A stretch of 64,000 nucleotides of DNA from Candidatus Multivoradales bacterium. Its GTDB lineage: Bacteria; Acidobacteriota; Thermoanaerobaculia; Multivoradales; J023. Position 1 is the stretch's first letter, and each line of letters opens with the position of its first letter. The stretch spans positions 224,001 through 288,000 of the forward strand of contig CBDFLE010000005.1 in assembly GCA_965248925.1 (NCBI GenBank), written 5' to 3'. Positions 9,753 to 18,742 of this stretch are shown piece by piece. The notes beneath the pieces were generated by a model. That model was not told the origin of the DNA and ran no database searches. It was given only the letters and a program-made list of their open reading frames with translations. The position numbers were made by a program, and so were the translations under genes.

Positions 9753-10670
9753 ATGCGGCTATCCAAGGGTGGGTTCGTCTCGGTGTTAATTTTTCTTCTA
9801 GCAGTTCCAGTGTTTGGCGCCGAGATCAGCGTGACGGTCGATGAAGTGGCGTGTTTGCCAATCGACAACAATGGCATCGGCTGGGCGACGGTCGAGAACA
9901 ACATTCCCGAGACTTCTGTGCGGTTCTTCTTCCGCCGTTTGCACGAAGAGGTCGAAGATTTTTACTACGTGGAAATGAACCCGATGGGCGAAGGGCGCTA
10001 TTGGGGGATTTTCCCGCATCCCGAGGACGAGCAGCTCGACCGCTTCAATCTGCGCGACGATGAGCTTCTACAGCAGTTTCGCGACAGCGACCCAGGCGAC
10101 GATGAGGATTACCTCTGGGCTTGGTGGTGGCGGGCCAAGGAAGCCTCCGCTGACCGTGACCCGGACGACAACTTAGATACAGACCGGATTCGCGAGCAGG
10201 CCAGTGTCGGCAAGAGCGAGCCTCGTCATTGGCTGGAGCAGCTTGACGATCCCACGTTCCAGGAATGGCTGGAAGCTCTCGAGAACGAGCCTGCCGAGTT
10301 TTTCGCGGCTGTGTACGATGTCGAGGGCCGGCGTATTGCCCGGTCGAAAACCCGTGTCACCTTGGTGCAAGAGAAGTGTGATGTCGAGCTGACGCCAAAA
10401 CAGGATGGCGAGTCCGAGAACCTCACCATTGGCGAGACCGCCAACTGGCAGAAGGGAGAGAACGTCTTCCACTGGTTATGTGACGGCATCGTTTCGCGGC
10501 TCGATCCTTACGATGTGCTGCGCGAGGATGAGCAGTGTCGCGCTTGCGTCATTGCCTGGTGGAGACGGCCTGGTTTGATCGTGGCGTTGCCGACGGTGGC
10601 TTGTGTTGGCCTCTGTGACGGCATCTTCGATGACGATCCGGGTCTGCCGATCTCCCCTTCGGCACCGTAA
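9753..10670 (+). CDS. Hypothetical exported acidic protein
   Basis: SD GAGGAG; signal peptide MRLSKGGFVSVLIFLLAVPVFG; Cys-containing C-terminus with hydrophobic stretch and SPSAP end. Confidence 0.7.
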   Translation: MRLSKGGFVSVLIFLLAVPVFGAEISVTVDEVACLPIDNNGIGWATVENNIPETSVRFFFRRLHEEVEDFYYVEMNPMGEGRYWGIFPHPEDEQLDRFNLRDDELLQQFRDSDPGDDEDYLWAWWWRAKEASADRDPDDNLDTDRIREQASVGKSEPRHWLEQLDDPTFQEWLEALENEPAEFFAAVYDVEGRRIARSKTRVTLVQEKCDVELTPKQDGESENLTIGETANWQKGENVFHWLCDGIVSRLDPYDVLREDEQCRACVIAWWRRPGLIVALPTVACVGLCDGIFDDDPGLPISPSAP

Positions 10671-10691
10671 TTGGGGCTATGGGTTTGTAGA

Positions 10692-10716
10692 CGAGGGGTT
10701 GAATGAAACCCCTCGC
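10692..10716 (+). terminator. Hairpin, probable terminator
   Basis: CGAGGGGTT-GAATGA-AACCCCTCG inverted repeat just after the stop; no clear U-tract. Confidence 0.5.
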
Positions 10717-11071
10717 TAAGCTATGACGTCCCTGCGGGACGAGGAGATAGGCGCCCAAGTGCTGGGCGCTTTTTCTGTTTTGGTGGCGATTAGGCGGCTT
10801 CGGTGGGCGCAGGTCTTGGGTTTGGTTGCCTTCCTCGACCGGCAGGGCTGCTGCCGCCTTATCGACTTCGAGAGCTGTGCTGTAGCGATCGTCCGGCCGC
10901 TTGGCTAGCAAGCGTTCAACGAAGGCATTCCGGCGGCTCCTTTGAATTCTTGCAGAGTCTCTAGACAATACCGCGGTGACCCGCGGTTGATGGAGTATGG
11001 CAGATCCTCTCGTTGGGCTGTGCTGCGCGTCTGGATTTGACCAGGCCGGCACGATCCGCGAAACTGTCGCC

Positions 11072-12427
11072 ATGGAACAGCTCGACAGCCTTCTCGCCGC
11101 CGCCGTGGATCTGGCTTGGGGGCCGCCCCTGGTGATCTTGTTGATCGGCGGTGGCCTCTACTTGACCGTACGCTCACGCTTGCTGCCTTTCTTCGGCGCT
11201 GCTCACGGCTTGGCGATTCTCACCGGGCGCTATGATTCTAAGGCTGATCCCGGCCAGCTGAGCCACTTTCAGGCTCTTTCTACCGCGCTGGCTTCGACCA
11301 TTGGTCTGGGCAACATCGGCGGGGTAGCCATCGCTATTACCCAGGGTGGCCCCGGGGCGGTGTTCTGGATGTGGTTGGCGGCTCTCCTCGGCATGGCGAC
11401 CAAGTTCTTCACTTGCACCCTGGCGGTGATGTATCGCGGCCGGGATAGCCAGGGCGTGCTACAGGGCGGGCCGATGTACACAATTGAAGTGGGCCTGGGC
11501 AAGCGGTTCAAACCGCTGGCGATGCTCTTCGCCGCCTGCGGCATGGTCGGGTGCCTAAGTATTTTTCAGAGCAACCAGGTGGCTGAGATCTTGGAGACTA
11601 CCTATCAGCTGCCGCGGTGGGGGACCGGGATCGTCTGCGTCGCTCTGGTCACGGCGGTCACTTTTGGCGGCGTGGCACGGCTCGGCATGGTCGCCAGCCG
11701 CTTAGTGCCTTCGATGTGCGTGCTCTACTTGCTCGGGGCGTTGGCCATCATGGTGCGCAACTTCGAGCTGGTGCCGCAGGTCTTCGGCCAGATTTTCCAC
11801 GACGCCTTCCAGGGCTCGGCGTTGGTCGGCGGCGGCACTGGAGTAGCCTTTGCCCAAGTGGTGAAGATCGGTGTCAAGCGAGCAGCCTTCTCCAATGAGG
11901 CAGGAATTGGTACGGCACCGCTGGCCCACGGGGCGGCCAGGACCAGCGAACCGGTGCGTGAAGGGTTGGTGGCCATGTTGGGCCCCTTCATTGACACGAT
12001 CTTGGTGTGTTCTCTGACCGCCTTCGTGATCCTCTCGACCGGCCTTTGGCAGGGCGAAGCTGGGATCGAGGGAGTTGCTTTGACGGTGCGCGCTTTCGAG
12101 CAGGGCCTGGGAGCTCCGGGAAAGATGTTGTTGGTGCTAGTGGCCTCTATGTTTGGATTCAGCACAATGATTGGTTATGCCTACTACGGCCGCAAGTGCT
12201 TTGCCTATCTATTTGGCGCTGAGTGGGCGCGGATCTACGACCTGTTTTATCTCGTCATGCTCTTTCTCGGCGCACTCTGGAGCATTCGGGTGGTCATCAA
12301 CTTGATGGACACCGCTTTTGCTCTGATGGCGGTGCCAAACATGATCGCCACCCTGATCTTGGCGCCGAAGGTGGTGGCGGCGACTCGCGATTACTTCCGT
12401 CGCCGGCAGGAGAATGCCGTGGGTTGA
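11072..12427 (+). CDS. Alanine/glycine:cation symporter (AGCS family)
   Basis: FQALSTALASTIGLGNIGGVA, GGPGAVFWMW, GGPMY, FSNEAGIG.AP, PFIDT. Confidence 0.92.
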   Translation: MEQLDSLLAAAVDLAWGPPLVILLIGGGLYLTVRSRLLPFFGAAHGLAILTGRYDSKADPGQLSHFQALSTALASTIGLGNIGGVAIAITQGGPGAVFWMWLAALLGMATKFFTCTLAVMYRGRDSQGVLQGGPMYTIEVGLGKRFKPLAMLFAACGMVGCLSIFQSNQVAEILETTYQLPRWGTGIVCVALVTAVTFGGVARLGMVASRLVPSMCVLYLLGALAIMVRNFELVPQVFGQIFHDAFQGSALVGGGTGVAFAQVVKIGVKRAAFSNEAGIGTAPLAHGAARTSEPVREGLVAMLGPFIDTILVCSLTAFVILSTGLWQGEAGIEGVALTVRAFEQGLGAPGKMLLVLVASMFGFSTMIGYAYYGRKCFAYLFGAEWARIYDLFYLVMLFLGALWSIRVVINLMDTAFALMAVPNMIATLILAPKVVAATRDYFRRRQENAVG

Positions 12428-12450
12428 GCCGGCCACCGCTCGGTGGACGC

Positions 12451-13584
12451 TCAGCGCGGGTTGGAGAGGAAGCGCCGAGCTGCTCCCAGCGCCTCGCGAA
12501 AGTCCTCGCGAGCCCCGCCTTGGACCGCGTCGACCAGTTCGCTGAGGGCATCGCGAGTGGCTTCGTAGACCTCGCCGCGGTGGGGATTGAGGCTTTGGAT
12601 ATCGAAGTAGAGGTCGGGATCTTCGAGCAGCACCGAAAGCGCCGTCGAAGCCTGCCGATTGTAGGTCGTCGAAGCACAGGTGGCGAGCAGTTCGGCGCCC
12701 AGTCCGGAGCGCGTCAGGGCACAGCCAAAGAGCATGCCCGAAAGATGGCCGAGGCCAAGTAGCCAGCCCATGAGGCGGTCATGATGGTCGAAGGGGACCG
12801 GCACCAGGTGGGTGTAGGGATGCTGCAACCAACGCTCGATGCGCTGGCGTTCTAGCAGCGGATCTTGACGACAGGCGAGGACGAAGGTCAGGGGTTCGTA
12901 TGGGGATTTCCCAGGTCCGAACATTGGGTGCAGCGAAGCCAGCTCGACCCCCTGCTCGGTGGCGGCGGCGAAGGAGGGTTCTAGATGGTCTTTGATCGAC
13001 GCAATCTCGATCACCAAGCCGCGCGGCCGGCGAGCGATGACCGCCGCCAGAGCGTCATTCATCTTGCCCAAAGGAACAGAGACCAGAATGGCGTCGTAGA
13101 CGTCCAAGTCGTCGATTTGCTGCAGCGTGGCGAAACGCCCAGGCTGGTGCGGTAGGGGCGCCATCGCCGGGTCGACGATCTCCGAGCTGTGGCCGAGCAG
13201 ACCGCTGAAGCGGTGAAACCACTCGCCCATGTTGCCGGCACCGCCGAGGATTAGCAGGCGATGGCCGCCGGCGGCGCGGAGTTCGATGCCCACCCGATGC
13301 TGACGCTCGATCGAACCGCGCATCACGGCATCGAAAATCGACTCCATCACGTCTTCGGAAATGCCACAGGCTTCGGCGTGCTGCCGCGCTCGCGTGAGCA
13401 CCCGGTCACCAGCCTTTTGGACGACGATCGGGCGCTTGGCGGAGGCTTTTAGGCGGCCCACGTCGCCGGCTAATTCCATCCGCCGACGGATCAACTCGAG
13501 CAGCGAGCGGTCGACTTCGGCAATCTTCTCACGCAGCTTGGCAAGAGGCTGATCCGCGCCGCCTTGTTGGGAGTCTTCTTGCAC
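12451..13584 (-). CDS. tyrA: Bifunctional chorismate mutase/prephenate dehydrogenase
   Basis: CM domain (LREKIAEVDRSLLELIRRR) plus ILGGAGNMG, IASIK, SLHPMFGP, HDRLM. GTG start inferred at 13584. Confidence 0.88.
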   Translation of the reverse strand: MQEDSQQGGADQPLAKLREKIAEVDRSLLELIRRRMELAGDVGRLKASAKRPIVVQKAGDRVLTRARQHAEACGISEDVMESIFDAVMRGSIERQHRVGIELRAAGGHRLLILGGAGNMGEWFHRFSGLLGHSSEIVDPAMAPLPHQPGRFATLQQIDDLDVYDAILVSVPLGKMNDALAAVIARRPRGLVIEIASIKDHLEPSFAAATEQGVELASLHPMFGPGKSPYEPLTFVLACRQDPLLERQRIERWLQHPYTHLVPVPFDHHDRLMGWLLGLGHLSGMLFGCALTRSGLGAELLATCASTTYNRQASTALSVLLEDPDLYFDIQSLNPHRGEVYEATRDALSELVDAVQGGAREDFREALGAARRFLSNPR

Positions 13585-13594
13585 GGTAGAGATC

Positions 13595-14620
13595 CTAGTG
13601 AGCCAACTTCTCCCAGTCGCTTTCGGCGGCGTCCTGAGCCAGGGATAGACCGCCGTCGGAACCGACAAAAACCGGGTCTTTGACCATTCTTACCTTGCCA
13701 CCACCGAGGTTCGATAGGCGATCCTGGAGAGCGGCGCGTAGGCCCGAGATCATCGATGAACCCCCCGACAGGATGACGTTCTGACGTACCTTGGCCTGGT
13801 ACTCGGGCTCGACTCTGGGCAGCAGGTCGAGCATCGCTTCGGCGACCGGCTGCAACAAGCTCTCGCAAGCCGCCCGCATTTCTTTGGTGATGTCGAGCTT
13901 GGTGGGTTTGCCATCGAACGGCGCGGTCACCACCACTTTGGCTTGAGGGGCGCCGACGAAGCCGTGTTGCTCCTTCCAGGTGCGCACCATGTGGATCGAG
14001 AACTGCGCTTTTGGATAACGTTCGGCGATCAAAGTAGCAAGGTACTGGTCTATGGAATCACCGGCAATGGTCAGGGTGCGCTGATCTTCGTCTCCCGGGA
14101 AGTGGCCCATCATGATGCAGAAGTCACTGGTGCCGGCACCGATGTCGATGATCATGGTGTGCAGCAGGGCGTCGAGGCCGTAGGCCACGGCGAAGGGCTC
14201 GGAGACGATCATCAAGCCATCGACCACTCCTTTAAGGGCGCGGCGAATGGGCTCTTGGTTGACCCGCATGGCCTCTGCCGGGACGCCGACCACGGCGCGT
14301 ACCGGCGTTTCTTTGCCGTTGCCTACTCCGGCGAGATCCAGCAGATGGACGAGAATCTCGCGTACCGCCCGCAGGTCCTTCTCTGAGGCCTCCTTGATCA
14401 GGCCGCGCTCCAGGGGCCGGTGCAAGTCAAGCATGGTGCGGTTCTCGAGCGCCTCGGATCCCACCAAAACATCGCGCTTGAGCACTTTGCGCGACACCAT
14501 GTCAACCGGCCAACCGACGTAGCTCTGGACCACATGCCGCTGGCCGTTGGAGGCGGAGATCGAGCTACGCGAGGTGCCGAGGTCGATGCCGACAGTGATT
14601 GGTTCCGTTTTCTTACCCAT
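13595..14620 (-). CDS. MamK-like actin-family ATPase
   Basis: Actin motifs GIDLGTS, IIDIGAGT, SGGSS, plus MamK-type segments SEPFAVAYGL, EDQRTL..AG, ACESL, PEYQ..V.QN, VKDPVF.G, W..L end. Confidence 0.85.
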   Translation of the reverse strand: MGKKTEPITVGIDLGTSRSSISASNGQRHVVQSYVGWPVDMVSRKVLKRDVLVGSEALENRTMLDLHRPLERGLIKEASEKDLRAVREILVHLLDLAGVGNGKETPVRAVVGVPAEAMRVNQEPIRRALKGVVDGLMIVSEPFAVAYGLDALLHTMIIDIGAGTSDFCIMMGHFPGDEDQRTLTIAGDSIDQYLATLIAERYPKAQFSIHMVRTWKEQHGFVGAPQAKVVVTAPFDGKPTKLDITKEMRAACESLLQPVAEAMLDLLPRVEPEYQAKVRQNVILSGGSSMISGLRAALQDRLSNLGGGKVRMVKDPVFVGSDGGLSLAQDAAESDWEKLAH

Positions 14621-14668
14621 AGCAGGTTCCTCATCAGGCGGGCGGCGGATTGCTTACCCGGAGCCGGC

Positions 14669-15670
14669 TTAGCCGGCCTGGTTGACTTTGTGGGCGTAGG
14701 ACTCGATGCCCTTGAAAAGAGCTTCGGCGATGTGCTCCCGGTAACGAGGGCGGCCCAGCAATTCGACTTCGTGGGCATTCGACAGGCACGACACCTCGGC
14801 CAGGATGGCGGGCATCTCGGTTGCTACCAAAACGATGAAAGGGGCGGTCTTGACCCCCCGATTGCGCACTCCGGGTTGGAATTCGTCGATCGAGCGAAAT
14901 AGCGCCTGCTGCACGCTCTCGGCGAGGCCTCGCGATTGGTTCTGGCGGACATCGGCGTAGATTCCCTCCAGCAAGCGCCGCATGTCGGTCAGGGTATAGC
15001 CGGACGCTCGGTTCTCTTGCTGGGCCAGGTGACTGAGCGCTGGGTCGCTGGTGGGGCCGAGAAAGTAGGTCTCGACACCGCGGACGTCGCGGGTCTCGAT
15101 CCAGTTCAGATGGATGGAGACGAAGATGTCGGCGTGCTGCTGGTTGGCCAGGTCGACCCGTTCTTTGAGTGATACCGAGTGGTCTTGGTCGCGGGTCAGC
15201 AGGACTTCGTACTTGGCCTCAAGTAGCCTGCGCTGCAACCGCTGAGCGATGTCCAGCGCGACGTCCTTTTCGATCAAGGGGCCACCGATGCCAGCTCCGT
15301 GGTCGTCGCCACCGTGCCCCGGGTCAAGCACGATGCGGCGAATTGCCAGCGGCAGCACCTTGGGGTCGATCGGCCGCGGAGCCGAGAACGTGGGCTGCTG
15401 CAACGGCATTTCGATCGCCACAGCATTGGCGGTCGACGGAGGCCGGCCAGCGAGTGCCCCCGAGGTGTCCGCCGGAGTGCTCGGCAACAGCAGCTGAGCG
15501 ACCGAAATACCAGCGAAGGGCAAGGCAAAGACGAACGCCGCGCCCAGCCGCCGGCTGGAGCGGCGAGCGGTCTTGCGCAGTAACCGTTGGCGGCGCTCAT
15601 CGGCGCTCTCTAGATTGCTAACTACCGCCTGGGCGAGAAGCTTGCGCTTGATCTCTCGGTCTCTACTCAT
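14669..15670 (-). CDS. N-acetylmuramoyl-L-alanine amidase (Amidase_3), N-terminal membrane anchor
   Basis: VLDPGHGG, EKD, LTRD, FVSIHLN, PAILAEV; basic N-terminus followed by a hydrophobic segment. Confidence 0.92.
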   Translation of the reverse strand: MSRDREIKRKLLAQAVVSNLESADERRQRLLRKTARRSSRRLGAAFVFALPFAGISVAQLLLPSTPADTSGALAGRPPSTANAVAIEMPLQQPTFSAPRPIDPKVLPLAIRRIVLDPGHGGDDHGAGIGGPLIEKDVALDIAQRLQRRLLEAKYEVLLTRDQDHSVSLKERVDLANQQHADIFVSIHLNWIETRDVRGVETYFLGPTSDPALSHLAQQENRASGYTLTDMRRLLEGIYADVRQNQSRGLAESVQQALFRSIDEFQPGVRNRGVKTAPFIVLVATEMPAILAEVSCLSNAHEVELLGRPRYREHIAEALFKGIESYAHKVNQAG

Positions 15671-15795
15671 CCTTTGCTCACCGCTGGGGCTACGACTCGA
15701 ACAATCTCAATGGGTTTTTCGGCGCCCACTTATTCCCCTACCGTCGGGGCGCACATTACCCCTTGTCGATATGGGCGAAAGAGCATGCTAACAGA

Positions 15796-15915
15796 AAACC
15801 GCTGCGGAAACCGCTGCGGCTGAAACGGTGTCTTGATCGCAATTTACGGCCCAAGGCGAGGGCGGGGATAATCTGACAAGCGACTCGACAGCGGGACTCA
15901 ACGGCGGGACTCAAC
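15796..15915. repeat. Short intergenic tandem repeats
   Basis: AAACCGCTGCGG twice (15796-15819) and GCGGGACTCAAC twice (15891-15915). Confidence 0.6.
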
Positions 15916-15981
15916 GCAGAACAGCCCGCCGACTTGCGGGCTGTTGTCGGGGTGTTTGAAAGACTCGTTCCAGCAGCCGTC

Positions 15982-16596
15982 CTAGGCGGCGGTCTCAAGG
16001 GTGGCTTCAACGGCGGTTTCGACGCTACTGCGGCGTCGTAGCAGCCTGCTGGCGACGAAGTAGATCAGGGCCAGAGCGGCGACTAGCGCCACCAACGGTA
16101 CGAACACCGCCAGCAGCGAGAAGAGCACCGAGGCGGCAGCTTCGCCAGTGGATACCAGCGGGTTGCCGAAGCCGCCGGTGGTCAAGGCCGAAGCGTGACG
16201 GGTCAAGCTGGTCATTCCCTGGATGGAAGCTGCCAGACCGCCGCCGCCGATGATCGCCATCGACCAGCCGAGCATCGGATTCAGCTCGCCGACCTGGGAA
16301 GCGGTGGCTACCACTCCGGCGACCACCGCGGCGGGAGTCGCCACGGTGTCCAGGAGATTGTCGATCAGCGGCAAGTAGTAAGCACCGATCTCTAGAGCGG
16401 TGGCGCTAGCCAGGGCGATCAGGGCCGGGGTCGAGCCGATCCACTCGAAGCTGCTAGCCAGCGACAGGTAGCCGGCTTTCGTAGCGATGCTCATCACCAG
16501 CATCGGTACGAAGATCCGAAATCCGCAAGCGGCGCTCAAGCCGAGGCCGACGGCGACGCTGAGCAGGGTTCCCATGAGTTCAGGCTGAGTGTCCAT
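15982..16596 (-). CDS. DUF4126 family membrane protein
   Basis: GLGLSAACGFRIFVP, EIGAYY.P..DN.LD, TTGG.GNP.VSTGE; SD AGGAGG. Confidence 0.85.
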   Translation of the reverse strand: MDTQPELMGTLLSVAVGLGLSAACGFRIFVPMLVMSIATKAGYLSLASSFEWIGSTPALIALASATALEIGAYYLPLIDNLLDTVATPAAVVAGVVATASQVGELNPMLGWSMAIIGGGGLAASIQGMTSLTRHASALTTGGFGNPLVSTGEAAASVLFSLLAVFVPLVALVAALALIYFVASRLLRRRSSVETAVEATLETAA

Positions 16597-16755
16597 CAAA
16601 AACCTCCTGGACTTGCCGCGGGCCGATACGACCTCGCATATGCCATTATACGCGGCTGGATTCGCTACTATTCGCTCGCCGGAGCATGATTCTTCGCCTC
16701 ACAGTCTGTTGGCAACATCCGTCAATCCCAGCCCTGGACCCGCGGAGACACCGAT

Positions 16756-17301
16756 TTGCGCTTCTTATTGAGAATTTCACGCGCCATCGACCGGCTCAAT
16801 GAGCGCCTCGGCCGGGCGGTGAGCTGGCTGCTGCTGGCGATGGTGCTGATCGGCGCCTACAATGCGGCGGTGCGCTATTTGGGGCGCTTCATGGGCTGGA
16901 ATTTGAGCTCCAACCTCTACCTTGAGTTGCAATGGTATCTGTTTGCCATGGTCTTCTTGCTCGGTGCCTCCTACACCCTGCGCGGTGGTGGGCATGTACG
17001 GGTGGATGTGCTCTACGCTCGATTGTCGCGCCGCGCACAGGCCTGGATCAACATCCTCGGTAGTGTGTTCTTGCTGCTACCGTTCACCGCTTTCACGTTT
17101 TTCTTGTCGCTGCCCTCGGTGCGCAATTCGTGGCGGGTTCTGGAGGGCTCCCCGGATCCGGGAGGCTTGCCGCGGTATCCGATCAAATCGATGCTGCTGG
17201 TGGGGCTCGGGTTGCTCTTCTTGCAGGGCCTGTCGGAACTGTTCAAGGAGGTGGTGGTGCTGCGCGGCCACCCGCTCGGGGACGGGGAGGTTGGCGAGTG
17301 A
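16756..17301 (+). CDS. dctQ: TRAP transporter small permease
   Basis: Four TM segments, ELQWYLF, HVRVDVLY; TTG start; overlaps next gene (GTGA). Confidence 0.88.
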   Translation: MRFLLRISRAIDRLNERLGRAVSWLLLAMVLIGAYNAAVRYLGRFMGWNLSSNLYLELQWYLFAMVFLLGASYTLRGGGHVRVDVLYARLSRRAQAWINILGSVFLLLPFTAFTFFLSLPSVRNSWRVLEGSPDPGGLPRYPIKSMLLVGLGLLFLQGLSELFKEVVVLRGHPLGDGEVGE

Positions 17302-18617
17302 GTGGCGAGTGGCTCGGTCCCTTGATGTTCCTCTGTGTTCTGCTGCTGATCTTCAGCGGCTATCCGGTGGCCTTTGCTCTGGGTGGCACGGCTTTGCTCT
17401 TCGCCGCCCTCGGGGTGGCGGCGGGGTTCTTCGATTGGGCACTTATGTTCGCCTTGCCGGAGCGGATTTTCGGCATCATGGCCAATCAGGTGTTATTGGC
17501 GGTGCCATTTTTCATTTTCATGGGCACCCTGCTCGAGAAAGCCAAGTTGGCGGAGGATTTGCTAACCACCATCGGCAAACTCTTTGGACCGTTACGTGGT
17601 GGTTTGGCTTTGGCGGTGGTGGTGGTGGGGGCGCTTCTGGCCGCCGCTACCGGCGTGGTGGGTGCTTCGGTGGTGGCCATGGGAGTGATTTCGCTGCCGG
17701 TAATGCTGCGCTATGGGTACTCGACCGAACTGGCCACCGGCGTGGTCACTGCAGCTGGCACTTTGGGGCAGATCATTCCGCCCTCGGTGGTCTTGGTGGT
17801 GCTGGCTGATCAGCTCGGCATCAGCGTTGGTGATCTCTTTGTCGGCTCGCTGTTGCCGGGTCTGATGCTAACCGGGATGTATTGTCTGTATGTGCTGGGG
17901 GTAGCGATCTTTCGGCCGCAGGCGGCGCCGGCGTTGCCGGCGGCGGTAAGGACCGACAGCGCCCCGCAATTGGCTCGGCAGGTAGTCTTGGTGATGGTGC
18001 CGCCGCTGTGCTTGATCTTGGTGGTGCTGGGATCGATCTTCGCCGGCATTGCCACCCCCACCGAGGCCGGTGCCCTGGGAGCGGTAGGGGCCATGCTGTT
18101 GGCGGCTTGCCATCGGCGGCTCAACCTCAAGGCGCTGCGGGCGTCCCTTGACGCGACCACAAAGCTGACCTCGATGGTGATGGTTTTGCTCATCGGTTCG
18201 ACGGCATTTGCGCTGGTGTTCCGCGGTCTCGAGGGTGACTTGTGGATCGAGGGCCTGCTAACCGATCTGCCGGGAGGGGCGGTGGGCTTGCTGGTGGTGG
18301 CCAATCTGGCGATCTTCGTGCTTGGTTTCTTTATCGATTTCTTCGAGATCGCCTTTATCGTTGTTCCCTTGGTGGCTCCGGCAGCCTCGCTGCTGGGCAT
18401 CGACATGGTGTGGTTCGGGGTGATGATCGGCCTCAACTTGCAGACCTCGTTCCTGACCCCGCCCTTCGGCTTCGCGCTGTTCTATTTGCGTGGGGTGGCG
18501 CCGCCAGGGGTTACCACCGGCCAGATCTACCGCGGCGTGCTGCCGTTTATCGCCATCCAGCTGCTGGCGTTGGTTTTGCTGATTCTGTTCCCGGGACTGG
18601 TGCGGGCGCTGTTGTAG
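17298..18617 (+). CDS. dctM: TRAP transporter large permease
   Basis: GYPVAF.LGG, LLAVPFFIFMG, GTLGQIIPPS, ATPTEA, QTSFLTPPFG. Confidence 0.92.
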   Translation: MSGEWLGPLMFLCVLLLIFSGYPVAFALGGTALLFAALGVAAGFFDWALMFALPERIFGIMANQVLLAVPFFIFMGTLLEKAKLAEDLLTTIGKLFGPLRGGLALAVVVVGALLAAATGVVGASVVAMGVISLPVMLRYGYSTELATGVVTAAGTLGQIIPPSVVLVVLADQLGISVGDLFVGSLLPGLMLTGMYCLYVLGVAIFRPQAAPALPAAVRTDSAPQLARQVVLVMVPPLCLILVVLGSIFAGIATPTEAGALGAVGAMLLAACHRRLNLKALRASLDATTKLTSMVMVLLIGSTAFALVFRGLEGDLWIEGLLTDLPGGAVGLLVVANLAIFVLGFFIDFFEIAFIVVPLVAPAASLLGIDMVWFGVMIGLNLQTSFLTPPFGFALFYLRGVAPPGVTTGQIYRGVLPFIAIQLLALVLLILFPGLVRALL

Positions 18618-18695
18618 GCCGGGGCTGCCGCCGGTCTACCCTCCTCGCGTGCCTTGCGGTGGGTCTACTGCCCTCGCCGTGCCCTGGCCAGGGTC

Positions 18696-18728
18696 TATGT
18701 ACGGGCGCACGGCGTGTGCCCGTACATA
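18696..18728. repeat. REP-like palindrome between convergent genes
   Basis: TATGTACGGGCGCAC-GGC-GTGTGCCCGTACATA, 15-bp arms with one G:T pair. Confidence 0.65.
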
Positions 18729-18742
18729 AGTGTACGCGGCGG

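Noticed and set aside
10720-11071. Glycine riboswitch upstream of the AGCS symporter
   Set aside because: Hallmark GGAGA...CCGAAG...CTCTCAGG elements not found.
13595-14620. Canonical mreB or a magnetosome island
   Set aside because: MreB signature motifs and mreCD are absent; no other mam/mms genes in the window.
18630-18728. CRISPR array
   Set aside because: Only 2-3 degenerate units, no repeat-spacer structure, no cas genes.
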